Assembly: GCA_036679605.1 (NCBI GenBank)
Contig: JAZDCZ010000180.1
Location: forward strand, 96,001-160,000
Length of the DNA: 64,000 nt
Source: Gemmatimonadota bacterium
GTDB lineage: Bacteria; Gemmatimonadota; Gemmatimonadetes; Gemmatimonadales; GWC2-71-9
Direction: 5' to 3'
Shown: positions 19,843-30,825 of the stretch, piece after piece
How the letters are laid out: each line of letters begins with the position of its first letter
Position numbering within the stretch: the first letter of the stretch is position 1
Translations under genes and position numbers: made by a program
The notes under the pieces: generated by a model
Told to the model about the DNA's origin: nothing
The model's input: only the letters and a program-made list of their open reading frames with translations
Database searches by the model: none

Positions 19843-22332
19843 TTACCTACTGGTCGGCGTATCTCCCAAGGCCGGGACCGGAAAACCGCTCGGAGCAGAC
19901 GGCATCACTAGAGACTGAGAAAGCGGGGAAAGTTTATACGCGTTTTGGAAGTTTTCGAGACTACGCTGTTCATCTCCTCGGGCCATGTACGCCTTGGTCA
20001 ACGAGTAGAGCACGAAACTCAAATTGGTTGCTATGTTGCGGTTCCACGGATCAAGACTCAGACTATCGGCTGTGAGGAGATCGGCATAACGATAGACCTG
20101 CCACGCCAGTAAGTCAGTTCGAGGTATATCGACCGGGATCCTGGTGATTCCCGGGCCGAGGCGAGCAGTGTCGGGCGAACTCTGGATGTTTATTTTCAGC
20201 AGCAGGCCCTCCTGCGTAAAGTAATCTCCCAATTGCAACCAGTTATTGTCTCCTACCGTGAGAGAGAAGTAGATCGGCCTTTGGCGCCAATTTTCCTGAA
20301 TCAATCGCAAGATTAGAACGTCCTTAACGTAGAGTGCCGAGTTCGCCGCGTAAGTTTGGTCGACGCGCCCCGCTACAAAGCGCAGCGGGCTACTCAAGAG
20401 CGTCGCGCTCAGACTATTGATCTCGTCATCGGACATCGAATGCAAAGGTGAGGGAATGCTGTCCGGGGCCAACTCGGCAAACCACGGAGCCTGCTCGGGA
20501 TCGAACCCGCGCACCGGGTTATCACGTAGCTGGCGAACGTACCAATCGGTGTTACCGAGAGATAGGTTGACCACCGAAACATCACGTCTGATCTCTTCCA
20601 CTTCCTGCACATACCACAATGGAAAGGTGTCGTTGTCACCGTTGGTGAAAATGATTCCGTACGGCTCGGCGGATTGAAGCAGATCATAAGCGAAGTCGCG
20701 CCCGAATTCGGCCTCAGGACCATGCCTTCGGCTCGCAGCATCGAAGTTGAGACCAAAGGGGAGTAATGCGATGAGGAAAACCGAGGCGGCCGCTGGCGTG
20801 CCTTGCAATCCGCCAGAGGCTAATTTGCGCTTCAGAGCCTGGTACATACCGGCCAATCCTATTCCGGCGAGCATCCCCCACACTTGGAACGACACGGTAA
20901 AGAAATAATCACGCTCGCGCACCTCGTGCATCTCACCGCCGGGGAAGATATTCCAACCCAGTGAATAGCCGGGCTTGAAATTCATGTACCCCATCAGGCC
21001 GGGGCCGGTGACAAGGAACAGAGTGATGAGAAGCCAAAAGATCGATCGATCTCGCTCTCTCAAGATGGTCGCGCCATAGATACCGAGAGAGACAAAGAAC
21101 AACGTGAACGGAAGTCGCGCCGGGATCCAGCGCATTAACGAAGTATCGATCAGTGGTGTACCGCGTGCGAAGACTGGATCACCCGTACCCAGGCCGTTGG
21201 CCCACTGCCAATCAAAATACTGCAGATAGTTTTGTATCTGCAGCAAGACCAGCGTCAACGATCTTCCTGGATTGTCCGGTCCCGACGGAAAGATCGGGTT
21301 ATCGAACGGCGAGCGTGGTGGATACTGCTTCCGGCCAATGACTGCTGTTAGGTTCTCCCAAGTCGAAGGGTCCGCTTCGTTTATGAACGGACCGTGCTGC
21401 GCGCGAATATACAGAAAAGCATATAGGGTGGCGCCAAGTACAACCAAACCCAGGACCATCGCAGCAAAACGAACGCCTCCGTGCATGATGGCATATGCCG
21501 CTGTGGCAGCAAACGCGATTGCGCCCAACAGCATGATATTGGAATTGCCGAGCCCAGTTCCGAGCATCAGCACCCACGCACCGGTCAACATCGCCCATTG
21601 AGACCACTCGACTCTCCGGTCTAGCTCGTTCTCCTGGGGCTCTGTCTTGAGCACATGTGCCACAAATACTATGAGCGCCGGCCCAACTAGTAGACCAAGC
21701 AGGTGACTTCCCAGTGAAAGTGCCTGGAGGTATACGGCGAGTAGCAGGAACTGGGCGGCACGTGGTCGGCCGCGATGCTCGCGCCAGAGCCATCCCAGCA
21801 AGGTCGTAACGGCAATACTGAATGTTGCAACCACGTAAACTTCTGTTTCGTTGGAGTTCTGCCAGACCGTAAAGACAAATGCAGAGATGATTGCCGCCGC
21901 GGCTGCTCCCCCCAAAGCAAACGTACGGTCCTGCTGTTGCCCGTTCGCGCGACCGCGCAGAGTCTTCATCACAAGAATGAAGAAAACGGCCGCTCCAGCT
22001 GCGCTGAACGTCGCCGTCATCAGGTTGGTTCGGTATGCGAACCCGCCAATCGCTACGACTCGCGCCCAGACATTGGCCAACAGAGTGAAAAGGGGTGTTC
22101 CCGGCGGGTGGGGGATACCCAGGATCTTGGCTGTTGCGATGAACTCCCCGGCATCCCACAGCGTCACCGTGGGCGCTAGGGTCCACACGTAGCCGGCAAG
22201 GACCAGCACAAAAATCGCCAGCGCCGCCAGGTACTCGAGTCGCGGTGCGCGCTCGGGGGTGACTGCGGAGGGCACGCGTCGCGCGAGCGGCACCGAGGTC
22301 TTGTCGTTTTCGACGTACCGTGCTGTTTTCAT
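19843..22332 (-). CDS. DUF2723 / TMEM260-like polytopic membrane protein (putative GT-C glycosyltransferase)
   Basis: WDAGEFI...HPPGTP, ETEVY, RERDYFF and GDNDTFPLWY motifs; many transmembrane helices. Confidence 0.85.
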   Translation of the reverse strand: MKTARYVENDKTSVPLARRVPSAVTPERAPRLEYLAALAIFVLVLAGYVWTLAPTVTLWDAGEFIATAKILGIPHPPGTPLFTLLANVWARVVAIGGFAYRTNLMTATFSAAGAAVFFILVMKTLRGRANGQQQDRTFALGGAAAAAIISAFVFTVWQNSNETEVYVVATFSIAVTTLLGWLWREHRGRPRAAQFLLLAVYLQALSLGSHLLGLLVGPALIVFVAHVLKTEPQENELDRRVEWSQWAMLTGAWVLMLGTGLGNSNIMLLGAIAFAATAAYAIMHGGVRFAAMVLGLVVLGATLYAFLYIRAQHGPFINEADPSTWENLTAVIGRKQYPPRSPFDNPIFPSGPDNPGRSLTLVLLQIQNYLQYFDWQWANGLGTGDPVFARGTPLIDTSLMRWIPARLPFTLFFVSLGIYGATILRERDRSIFWLLITLFLVTGPGLMGYMNFKPGYSLGWNIFPGGEMHEVRERDYFFTVSFQVWGMLAGIGLAGMYQALKRKLASGGLQGTPAAASVFLIALLPFGLNFDAASRRHGPEAEFGRDFAYDLLQSAEPYGIIFTNGDNDTFPLWYVQEVEEIRRDVSVVNLSLGNTDWYVRQLRDNPVRGFDPEQAPWFAELAPDSIPSPLHSMSDDEINSLSATLLSSPLRFVAGRVDQTYAANSALYVKDVLILRLIQENWRQRPIYFSLTVGDNNWLQLGDYFTQEGLLLKINIQSSPDTARLGPGITRIPVDIPRTDLLAWQVYRYADLLTADSLSLDPWNRNIATNLSFVLYSLTKAYMARGDEQRSLENFQNAYKLSPLSQSLVMPSAPSGFPVPALGDTPTSR

Positions 22333-22348
22333 TCTCTATAATTTGGGA

Positions 22349-23152
22349 TTAGGCCGGCGAAGCCTCACTAGGAGCGTCCGCCAGCGCAAGGGCGGGCCGG
22401 TCATGGCCCGCGAGTGCCTCGCGAACCTGATCGGGAGTCACACCGCTTCGCAGAAGTCCTCTTTCAGCAATAGAGATCTTCGCCGTTTCTTCTGAAACAA
22501 CGATGACCACGGCGTCGGTCTCCTCCGATAGGCCCAAAGCGGCGCGGTGTCGTGTCCCCAACCGGCGATCCGTGACAGGAAATTGGGTAAGGGGAAGAAC
22601 ACATCCGGCCGCTACGATTTGGTCTCCTCGAATTACGACGGAGCCATCGTGAAGAGGTGAATACGGAGTGAAGATAGTCGCGAGGAGGTCCGCAGACACA
22701 TTGGCCTGCATCTCGGATCCAGACTCCAAATAGGGGTTCAGCGATACCTCGCCCTCAGAAGCGATGATCGCGCCCGTCCCGCTACGCGAAAGTCGGCCCA
22801 CTGCCTCTGCGATCTCGTCAGCAACGGCTCTCTGCGTGGTACTCGTCAGAAACCTAATAGCACGCGACCGGCCGAGTCGCGCCAGCGCCTGCCGAAGCTC
22901 GGGCTGGAACACAACGACGGCTGCAAAAGCACCATAAGTGAACACGAGGCTCAACAAGGTGGCAATCATATCCAGCTTGAGGAGCACGGCGCCGAAATAG
23001 ATAAGCACCAGCGAGATCAAGCCGACCAGGATCTGGAACGCTCTGGTACCGGCCAGAAACATCAGCAATCGGTAAATAACGTACGCGACGATGAGTATTT
23101 CCACGACGTCTCGCACGCCCGGTGACAAGAACCCAAAATATTCGAACGACAC
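22349..23152 (-). CDS. cdaA: Diadenylate cyclase CdaA
   Basis: Three N-terminal TM helices, FQPELR, PLHDGSV (DGA-like) and GTRHRAALGLSE. Confidence 0.93.
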   Translation of the reverse strand: MSFEYFGFLSPGVRDVVEILIVAYVIYRLLMFLAGTRAFQILVGLISLVLIYFGAVLLKLDMIATLLSLVFTYGAFAAVVVFQPELRQALARLGRSRAIRFLTSTTQRAVADEIAEAVGRLSRSGTGAIIASEGEVSLNPYLESGSEMQANVSADLLATIFTPYSPLHDGSVVIRGDQIVAAGCVLPLTQFPVTDRRLGTRHRAALGLSEETDAVVIVVSEETAKISIAERGLLRSGVTPDQVREALAGHDRPALALADAPSEASPA

Positions 23153-23162
23153 GATCTATCCT

Positions 23163-24176
23163 CTACTTACCGGCATGATGGATCGCCAGGATATCACGCA
23201 ACAGTCGTACTGCATGCACGCGAAACAGCATCGCGCCCAGAGCGTATGCCACGAGACACACGGCTGCCGTCATGGAGTCACGGCTGACTGCTTCGTCGTT
23301 CGCCATCAAGTCAAGAAACCGCTTACGTGACGGTCCCACCATGAGCGGCAAACCGGTCGAGCTGAGGACAGACAATCTGCTAAGTATCTCGTAGTTCTGC
23401 TCCGGCATCTTCGAAAAGCCGAACCCGGGATCGAGTACGATACTGTGTCTTTTCACACCCTGCTCACAAGCCAACTCCACAGATCTGTTCAGCTCTTGTG
23501 CGGTCTCCGCGGTCACGTCCACATAGGTCGCATGGTCGTACGTGGCCAACTCCGGCAACGATCCGCGAGAATGCATTAGAATGACACCGGCACCATGCTC
23601 CGCACACACGGTCGCGATCCGGGGATCGAGCCGCAATCCCGATACATCGTTTATCGCCCAGGCTCCAGCACCCAATGCCCGTTCTGCTGTCTCCGCCCTA
23701 ACTGTGTCGATCGTGATGGGGTAGTCTGGGTATTGGCGTGCCAATTCACCGACGACCGGCTTCAACCGCCGCCACTCTTCTGCGCCCGAAACCGCCTCGG
23801 GGCGACCCGGGCGAGTTGATTGGGCACCTATATCGAGCAAATCCGCTCCGGCCTCAATCATCTCCTCAGCGTGCCTCATGGCCGCAGACGGATGCAAGTA
23901 CCTTCCGCCGTCGCTAAAGGAATCGGGAGTTATGTTCAGAATTCCCACGATCAGGGGTCGGTCAAAGGGCACGACCCCTCGGGCCATCACCCAGTTGCCG
24001 ACCTTCGGTGGATTGTCGCCCAGACCCGATTGGCCGATTTCAGGCAGACGATCGAGAACAAAATCAACGGGAACTGCCTGGATGGCTGCCGCAGCCCGGT
24101 CACGTTCCATTCCCCGCCGTACCAGCGCATCACACACCATATCGGTGGTGTGCGCTGCCAGCGGGGCATGCGTCAT
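23163..24176 (-). CDS. folP: Dihydropteroate synthase with N-terminal extension
   Basis: GILNITPDSFSDGG, DIGAQSTRPG, INDVSG, DPGFGF, SRKRF, RVH. Confidence 0.93.
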   Translation of the reverse strand: MTHAPLAAHTTDMVCDALVRRGMERDRAAAAIQAVPVDFVLDRLPEIGQSGLGDNPPKVGNWVMARGVVPFDRPLIVGILNITPDSFSDGGRYLHPSAAMRHAEEMIEAGADLLDIGAQSTRPGRPEAVSGAEEWRRLKPVVGELARQYPDYPITIDTVRAETAERALGAGAWAINDVSGLRLDPRIATVCAEHGAGVILMHSRGSLPELATYDHATYVDVTAETAQELNRSVELACEQGVKRHSIVLDPGFGFSKMPEQNYEILSRLSVLSSTGLPLMVGPSRKRFLDLMANDEAVSRDSMTAAVCLVAYALGAMLFRVHAVRLLRDILAIHHAGK

Positions 24177-26158
24177 GCCCCGGCTGGCTCGGCCGGGGGA
24201 CTCCCGAGCACTGGCCCCGGATCGGAAGAAGATGTCTTCTTTTCGGGGGGCGCCGGAGCGGGTGCAGAGGCACCTGCGGAGTCGGCTGGCGGCCGCTCCG
24301 GTAGTTCTTTGCCGGCAACAACCAGCTCCACCTCTTCACGGCCAATTGTCTCTCTCTCGAGCAGCACCTCAGCCATGCGGTGGAGCGTGTCCATATCTCC
24401 CTTCAGAATCTTGTGGGCTCGAGCGTAGCCCTCCTCCAAAATTCGCTTGACCTCCCTATCAACCAACTCGGCCGTTCCATCGGATATCTCGCGACGCTGC
24501 GAAAACTCACGGCCCAGGAAAATTTGGTGTTCCTGATCGCCCACGGCGACAGGACCCACCGCATCGCTCATCCCGAACTGTGTTACCATCTGGCGCGCCA
24601 TTTCTGTGGCCTGCCGAATGTCCTGGGCCGCGCCAGTTGTCACCTTTTCGAGACCGAATATCAACTCTTCCGCTACGCGACCACCGTAAGCCATCGCAAG
24701 ACGACCATTGATATATTCCTTCGTGTAGTTGTGTCTGTCTTCCTCGGGCAAGGAGAAGGTCAGACCCAGCGCCCTGCCTCTGGGAACGATGCTGACCTTG
24801 TGCACCGGATCAAGAATCGGTATCCGAAGGCTCACAATAGCGTGTCCGGCCTCGTGAAATGCGGTGAGCTTGCGTTCATCGTCCGACAGGACCATGCTCT
24901 TGCGCTCGACCCCAAGCATGACCTTATCCTTTGCGTCCTCCAGATCCTCGTTTTCAACCGCCGATTTGTTGCGCCGTGCGGCCAAGAGTGCGGCCTCATT
25001 GATGATGTTTGCGAGGTCGGCACCCGCCAGGCCCGCCGTCGCTTTGGCTATCAGGTCTAGTTTGACCTGGTTGGCGAGCGGGATCTTACGCACATGCACC
25101 TTCAGTATCATCTCTCGCCCGCGCACATCCGGCATGTCCACGACAATCTGACGGTCGAAGCGTCCCGGCCTCAGCAGGGCGGGATCCAAGACATCGGGTC
25201 TGTTGGTTGCCGCCAAGAGAATGACGCCTTCGTTCGACTCGAATCCATCCATCTCGACTAGGAGCTGGTTCAACGTCTGCTCACGCTCATCATGTCCGCC
25301 GCCTAGGCCGGCGCCACGATGCCGTCCAACCGCATCTATCTCATCAATAAAAATGATGCAGGGAGCATGCGCCTTCCCCTGCTCAAAGAGATCTCTCACT
25401 CGGGATGCGCCCACCCCTACAAACATCTCTACAAAATCCGATCCCGACATCGAGAAGAACGGACGCGCTGCTTCACCGGCGACCGCACGCGCCAAAAGAG
25501 TCTTGCCAGTACCTGGAGGACCAACAAGTAGAACCCCCTTGGGCAATCGGCCGCCCAATCGCTGAAACTTTTGCGGATCTTTCAGAAACTCTATTATTTC
25601 CTCTAACTCAACCTTGGCCTCGTCCGCACCGGCCACGTCTTGGAAGGTGACCTTAGGCGTGTCCGCTGTTAACATTTTGGCCTTGGACTTGCCGAACGAG
25701 AACGCCCGATTCCCACCTTGCTGGACCTGCCGGAAGAAAAAGACCCACAGACCTATGAGTATGACCCATGGCAGCAACTGAACGAAAATTTGACCAAACG
25801 ACGTCTTGGGTTCCTTGGCGGTGATCCTTATCTGCTTTTCCTCGATCCGATCGAGTAGCAGTTCAGAATCCTGGATCGGGAGCACGGTGTTGAATCGCAA
25901 CACCTCTCGTCCGTTATCAGATATGGATTGTTTGAGTTCGCCCTTCAAATACTTGCCGCTGGTGATCTCGACGTTTGCCACATTGTCTCGGTCGAGTTCG
26001 CGGCGGAATTTCGAATACGGCAGCTCAACGGACTCATCACGCTTGGGCCCGAGCATTTGGTAAAAAACCAAAGGCACCAGTACAACGAGCAACCAAAACA
26101 ACAAGTTCTTGCTCATCATACCCCAACCGGCTTTTTTCGGCGGCAATCGCTCTGCCAT
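24173..26158 (-). CDS. ftsH: ATP-dependent zinc metalloprotease FtsH
   Basis: Two TM helices, [29 protein letters not shown]. Confidence 0.98.
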   Translation of the reverse strand: MAERLPPKKAGWGMMSKNLLFWLLVVLVPLVFYQMLGPKRDESVELPYSKFRRELDRDNVANVEITSGKYLKGELKQSISDNGREVLRFNTVLPIQDSELLLDRIEEKQIRITAKEPKTSFGQIFVQLLPWVILIGLWVFFFRQVQQGGNRAFSFGKSKAKMLTADTPKVTFQDVAGADEAKVELEEIIEFLKDPQKFQRLGGRLPKGVLLVGPPGTGKTLLARAVAGEAARPFFSMSGSDFVEMFVGVGASRVRDLFEQGKAHAPCIIFIDEIDAVGRHRGAGLGGGHDEREQTLNQLLVEMDGFESNEGVILLAATNRPDVLDPALLRPGRFDRQIVVDMPDVRGREMILKVHVRKIPLANQVKLDLIAKATAGLAGADLANIINEAALLAARRNKSAVENEDLEDAKDKVMLGVERKSMVLSDDERKLTAFHEAGHAIVSLRIPILDPVHKVSIVPRGRALGLTFSLPEEDRHNYTKEYINGRLAMAYGGRVAEELIFGLEKVTTGAAQDIRQATEMARQMVTQFGMSDAVGPVAVGDQEHQIFLGREFSQRREISDGTAELVDREVKRILEEGYARAHKILKGDMDTLHRMAEVLLERETIGREEVELVVAGKELPERPPADSAGASAPAPAPPEKKTSSSDPGPVLGSPPAEPAGA

Positions 26159-26160
26159 AT

Positions 26161-26709
26161 CTAATCCTTCAATGCCGCTATGAACGGCAGGTGACGGAAA
26201 TCTTCCGCATAATCAAGACCGTACCCAACGAGAAAATCGGGCGGCGCATCGAAACCAACGAAACGCGGTTCGTATTGAAGAGACTTCGCTACCCGCTTAT
26301 GCAACAGCGCACACACATCTAGACTCGACGGGTCGCGCGTCTCGAATAACCGTACCAGTTGGTTCAGCGTGGCTCCTGAATCTACAATATCTTCCACGAA
26401 CAACACTCGTTTACCGGCAACATCTGCCTCCGAATCGTAATGGAGCCTTACGTGACCGCTCGACTTCTTGGCCGATCCATATGATGCGGCAACCAGGAAG
26501 TCCAGCTGATGGGGTCGCGGAATAGCTCGCGCAAGGTCGCTCAAGAACATGAAGCTCCCTTTCAGCAGCCCAACTAGAAGCAGATCTCCATTATCATAGT
26601 ATTCACCTATCTCCTGTCCGAGTTCCACGACTCGTCGCCGGATCGTCTCAGCATCAAAGATCACGTCGACTTCATGACCGCCCGTCAACTCGAGTATTTG
26701 CTCCTGCAC
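26161..26709 (-). CDS. hpt: Hypoxanthine phosphoribosyltransferase
   Basis: LLKGS, VEDIVDSGATL, FLVGYGLDY; tilS-hpt-ftsH synteny. Confidence 0.95.
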   Translation of the reverse strand: MQEQILELTGGHEVDVIFDAETIRRRVVELGQEIGEYYDNGDLLLVGLLKGSFMFLSDLARAIPRPHQLDFLVAASYGSAKKSSGHVRLHYDSEADVAGKRVLFVEDIVDSGATLNQLVRLFETRDPSSLDVCALLHKRVAKSLQYEPRFVGFDAPPDFLVGYGLDYAEDFRHLPFIAALKD

Positions 26710-28066
26710 GCGCCTCCAGCTTCATAGATGGTTCGCCTACCCTCGGTACATCCAACTCGGACCGACATACTCCAGGGATCCAGATAACTTCACCGCCCCG
26801 AACCACAATCGGGTACGCAGCCCGGTCCCGAGATCGTACACCGGCCTCCATCAACAACCTCCGGACCCTGCGCCGACCTACACCGCCCAACGGAAAAATT
26901 CTGTCGCCTGTTCGCTGCACCCTGATCTCGCCCGCACCGAGCGTAACCCACGTACAAAACGAACCGCGACTCAACCTCTTCGCCGGCTCGGGCACCCACT
27001 CAAACTCCCACTCCCGCCAGGCAGCGCTGCCACGCTCCTTCGCGCCCCAAACCACCGGTTCACACAAACGCACGCTCGGCGGCGGCTCCACTTGTGCAAT
27101 CCGCAATCGCGAGAACACGATTTCGGCCTCCCAGCCCGACCCGAGTTCAAACCTGTGCCCGCTGGAACTCTTGGCGAGAAATTGCCGCAAGCGTGTCGCA
27201 CACTTGGGCCCCACCACACAACCAGCCTCTCGTGCCAATGCACGCAAAATGCCTTCTGATAACACTTTATGATACCGTTGAAACGGTGCCCGAGCAACCT
27301 CGACGACCCCGGTGTGGCCACTTAATTCCAGCTCGGGGAGCACCCGCAGGATCTGAGACCATGCGGCCCTCTCGGAGGCCGCCTGCCTGGCCACGTCCAA
27401 CAGTCGATCGTCTGTTCCCGGGCCAAAACGGTCACGGAGTAGCGGCAGCAATTCTGTGCGCAGCCAGGATCGGTCGTGACGCGGATCGACGTTGCTGGGA
27501 TCGTCGAAGACAGGAGGCCGGCTTTCCGGATCGGGGTAGGTCGCCTCCATCCACGAGACCAGCTCCGATTTCCGAAATGGCAAGAGCGGACGTCTCAAAC
27601 CTCCGGCACTGCTACTTGCGATCCCCGCCAGGCCAGCCGTTCCGGAACCTCGCAGGAACCGGTATAAAACGGTTTCGACCTGATCATCCGCGTGGTGGGC
27701 CGTGACCAAGTATTTCGCCCCAACACGCCTCTGAACACCGCGCAGAGCTTCGTAGCGGGATACACGCGCCACGGTCTCCGTTGTGCCCGGGCCCAAGGCA
27801 AGCGTCTCGATGTAACATCTGAGGGAAAACCGCTTTGCCAGTTTCTCGACCCGGCACGCCACATCTCGACTCCCGCCAAGAATGCCGTGATCGACGTGAG
27901 CGATTGCGAGATCCAGATCCAGATCACCGGCGATCGCAACCATCAACCCAAGTAGGGCGATCGAGTCTGCTCCCCCGCTCACAGCGAGTAGAGCAAGCCC
28001 TGGTTCATCGAAAAGCAGCTCGTCCTGCACATATCGCAGCAGACGAGTGCCGACTTCGGTTGTCAC
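26672..28066 (-). CDS. tilS: tRNA(Ile)-lysidine synthetase
   Basis: AVSGGADS, HVDHG, TAHHADDQVET, RRPLL, DPSN. Start GTG 28066 (GTGA overlap, GGAGG upstream). Confidence 0.93.
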   Translation of the reverse strand: MTTEVGTRLLRYVQDELLFDEPGLALLAVSGGADSIALLGLMVAIAGDLDLDLAIAHVDHGILGGSRDVACRVEKLAKRFSLRCYIETLALGPGTTETVARVSRYEALRGVQRRVGAKYLVTAHHADDQVETVLYRFLRGSGTAGLAGIASSSAGGLRRPLLPFRKSELVSWMEATYPDPESRPPVFDDPSNVDPRHDRSWLRTELLPLLRDRFGPGTDDRLLDVARQAASERAAWSQILRVLPELELSGHTGVVEVARAPFQRYHKVLSEGILRALAREAGCVVGPKCATRLRQFLAKSSSGHRFELGSGWEAEIVFSRLRIAQVEPPPSVRLCEPVVWGAKERGSAAWREWEFEWVPEPAKRLSRGSFCTWVTLGAGEIRVQRTGDRIFPLGGVGRRRVRRLLMEAGVRSRDRAAYPIVVRGGEVIWIPGVCRSELDVPRVGEPSMKLEARAGANTRVDGRS

Positions 28067-28539
28067 CCTCCCTCCGATGCCTTCTTGCGAGCCTGCGCCA
28101 GGTAGCCAGGCTTGAGCCCGAGGAGATGGGAGACCTTTCTCATGAGATAGCTTTCGTGTTTCGCCAACTCGCCGTCGGCGTACACCACCCGCCACATTAC
28201 TTCAGCCAGCACCATCTTCTGGCCAATATCGTAGCGTTCCGTGATGAGCCGGGTAAACTGATAGAGATCGACGGCCCGTGTTCGCTCCTCCTCGGCAAGA
28301 GCAATCAGCTCATTGGCTGTGTCGGGTGGCACATCAAAGTGCCGTACCAACGCCTCCTCGATATGGGCTCGTTCGTCCGCCGTGAACTCGTCATCTGCGT
28401 GAGCCAACTCCAACAGAAGCGCACAGGCAGCAATTTGGATCGAACCGTGCCGTGCTGTTGACGACGCCGCTAGCTCGTCTGTTGGCTCCTCTGCGGAATC
28501 AAGATTCTTGATGAAGAATGACTTGATGCTTTCAAGCAT
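28063..28539 (-). CDS. TerB-family protein
   Basis: ALLLELAHADDEF...E, LYQFTRLI, WRVVYADG.L..HE...RKVSHLLG. Confidence 0.85.
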   Translation of the reverse strand: MLESIKSFFIKNLDSAEEPTDELAASSTARHGSIQIAACALLLELAHADDEFTADERAHIEEALVRHFDVPPDTANELIALAEEERTRAVDLYQFTRLITERYDIGQKMVLAEVMWRVVYADGELAKHESYLMRKVSHLLGLKPGYLAQARKKASEGG

Positions 28540-28568
28540 GCACTACCCTCCCTACAGATCTACCGTGG

Positions 28569-29255
28569 CTATTTACTCGTTCCGTCGTTCCACTGCACGA
28601 ATTCCTCGAGTGACTTGCGCCGCAAGTCCGGTACTGTCGCATCGTCGGACGGGTACCCTATGGGAAACAGGATATACGGTTTCTCGTTGGGGGGACGATT
28701 CAACAGCTTCGAGAGAAATCCCATTGGGCTAGGAGTGTGAGTCAAGGTCACTAAACCCATTGAGTGCAAGGCGCTGATAAAGATGCCACACGCTATACCG
28801 ACGCTCTCGTTTACATAGTAATTGTTCCGCTTCGTACCGTCCTCGGCGAGGCCGTATGATTCCTTAAAGACAACCACTAAATAGGGAGCTTCTTCAAGAA
28901 ACGGCTTGTGCCAATCGGTCCCAAGAGCAGCCAGCGCCTCCAGCCACTCCTTGGAAAACCGGTGATCGTAGTTGTCGCGTTCTTCTCGCTCGGCGGCTTC
29001 TCTAATGGAGCGCTTGATCTCTTTGTCATCGACAATTACGAAGCGCCATGGTTGGCGATGTGCTCCCGAAGGAGCCGTCGCAGCAGCACGCACAGCGTAC
29101 TCAATACAATCACGAGGTACCGGATCCGCCGAAAAGAAGCGGACCGACCGTCTCCGGTTCATGAGTTCGTGAAATTCTCGAGCCCTGGCGACCATCTCGC
29201 TCTCTGTGCGGCGCTCAAACTGCAACGGAACGTAGCGCGGTTTACTACCTACCAT
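28569..29255 (-). CDS. Nitroreductase superfamily, iodotyrosine deiodinase-like
   Basis: RRSVRFFS, TAPSGAHRQPW, EREERDNY, WHKPFLEEAP, YVNESVGIA, LTHTPSP, VPDLRRK. Confidence 0.88.
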   Translation of the reverse strand: MVGSKPRYVPLQFERRTESEMVARAREFHELMNRRRSVRFFSADPVPRDCIEYAVRAAATAPSGAHRQPWRFVIVDDKEIKRSIREAAEREERDNYDHRFSKEWLEALAALGTDWHKPFLEEAPYLVVVFKESYGLAEDGTKRNNYYVNESVGIACGIFISALHSMGLVTLTHTPSPMGFLSKLLNRPPNEKPYILFPIGYPSDDATVPDLRRKSLEEFVQWNDGTSK

Positions 29256-29370
29256 CGCGACTCCTTAAGATATCTTGTCTGACTATCTGGAATTTATGCC
29301 GAGAACAGGCCGGCGGTTAGCGCCGGCGACATATGGACGAGGAGCAACCTTACTCGTGGCAAGCCCGCTC

Positions 29371-30825
29371 TTATAGATAGGGACTCAATAGGCGCGCCGT
29401 ACCGTCGCGCAGCCGAACCGGAAGGCTGCGTGCGTCCACATCGGCCTTGGTGACTTCGCGCGCACTGCTCAGTTTTGCTTCGACGACACGACCCAGGCGC
29501 TCGGATAGGTCTTCGTCATAGCACTCCAAGTCGAACTCGAAATTTAGCCTTAGGCTCCGGTCGTCCCAGTTGGCCGAGCCAAGAAGAACCCATGCCCCGT
29601 CCACTAACGTGAGCTTGGTGTGATCGAACGGTGCCGGCGAAGCGAAGACACGACAGCCTCGTTCCAAGAGGCGCCAGAGGTGTGCGGTGGACGCCCACTT
29701 CACCAACGGCTGGTTGCTCACGGCGGGCAGCACAATCGTGACAGCAACGCCACGCATTGCCGCAACGTTCAGTGCGCTTATCAGCTCGCGATCTGGCAGG
29801 AAGTAGGGAGTGACGACACATATGCGTCGTTGGGCAGTTGCAACGGCAGCCAGCAGAGTCAGATGCAGTCTGTCAAAATCTTCGTCTGGTCCATCTGCAA
29901 TCCCTCGGGCCAGAATCGATCCTGCCATCTCGAGTTCAGGAAACCAGTTTTCTCCCGTCAAAACTTCCTCGGTACTGAACGCCCAGTCTTCTGTAAATGC
30001 CTCCGCAAGATGCTCTACTACAGGACCTTCGACCCGAAAATGGAGATCCTCTACCGGCCGACGAGGAAGGTCGTTCAGAACGTGGCCCGCCCGAATGTTC
30101 ATTCCACCCGTAAAACCCACACGTCCGTCCACTACAAGGATCTTGCGGTGAATTCGGAGATTGAGAAACGGGATTCTCCATGGCTTCACAGCCTCCAGGA
30201 ACCGCGCTACCGTCACACGCTTGCGCCTTAGCGCTCGCACCATTGAGGGCCACGAATACCGGGATCCAAAGGCATCGATCAGCACCCTAACCTCAACCCC
30301 CCTAGTCACTGCGCGACCAAGAGCATCGAGAAATCGCTCTCCAGCTCGGTCATGATCGAATATGTAAGTGCTCAATCCCAGGGTGTGCTCGGCTGCATCG
30401 ATGGCATCCAGCATCCGTGGATAGGCCTCATCGCCATTCACCAATGCTTCTATCCTGTTGCCAGATACCAGGGGTCGCCCAGCAACACGTCCGACCATCC
30501 TGGCGAGTCCGGCCAGGTGACCTCGCTGCTCCGACAACTTGTCGGTAACGGCATGCCAATCGGTAAATGTGTCAGGCGGGCGCTGGCGGGCGTCGTGGCC
30601 CAGCCGTCTCAATGCCGCTGCCCGGCGCTTGATTCGATTGATTCCGAGAAGCACGTACAGCAGGGAGCCCACAATTGGCACGAACCAGATCAAACCAACC
30701 CAACCCGCTGCCGCGCGGGGATCCCGCTTGTGCAGCACGACGTGGCCTGACATCCCGAGTGCCAGAATCACCGTCAGTGCGCCAATGATCCATGAGCGAA
30801 GCTCCAAGAGATCAACCACTGACAC
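29371..30825 (-). CDS. cls: Cardiolipin synthase
   Basis: Two N-terminal TM helices and two PLD HKD motifs (HRKILVVDG, HTKLTLVDG). Start uncertain (30819, 30825 or 30858). Confidence 0.92.
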   Translation of the reverse strand: MSVVDLLELRSWIIGALTVILALGMSGHVVLHKRDPRAAAGWVGLIWFVPIVGSLLYVLLGINRIKRRAAALRRLGHDARQRPPDTFTDWHAVTDKLSEQRGHLAGLARMVGRVAGRPLVSGNRIEALVNGDEAYPRMLDAIDAAEHTLGLSTYIFDHDRAGERFLDALGRAVTRGVEVRVLIDAFGSRYSWPSMVRALRRKRVTVARFLEAVKPWRIPFLNLRIHRKILVVDGRVGFTGGMNIRAGHVLNDLPRRPVEDLHFRVEGPVVEHLAEAFTEDWAFSTEEVLTGENWFPELEMAGSILARGIADGPDEDFDRLHLTLLAAVATAQRRICVVTPYFLPDRELISALNVAAMRGVAVTIVLPAVSNQPLVKWASTAHLWRLLERGCRVFASPAPFDHTKLTLVDGAWVLLGSANWDDRSLRLNFEFDLECYDEDLSERLGRVVEAKLSSAREVTKADVDARSLPVRLRDGTARLLSPYL

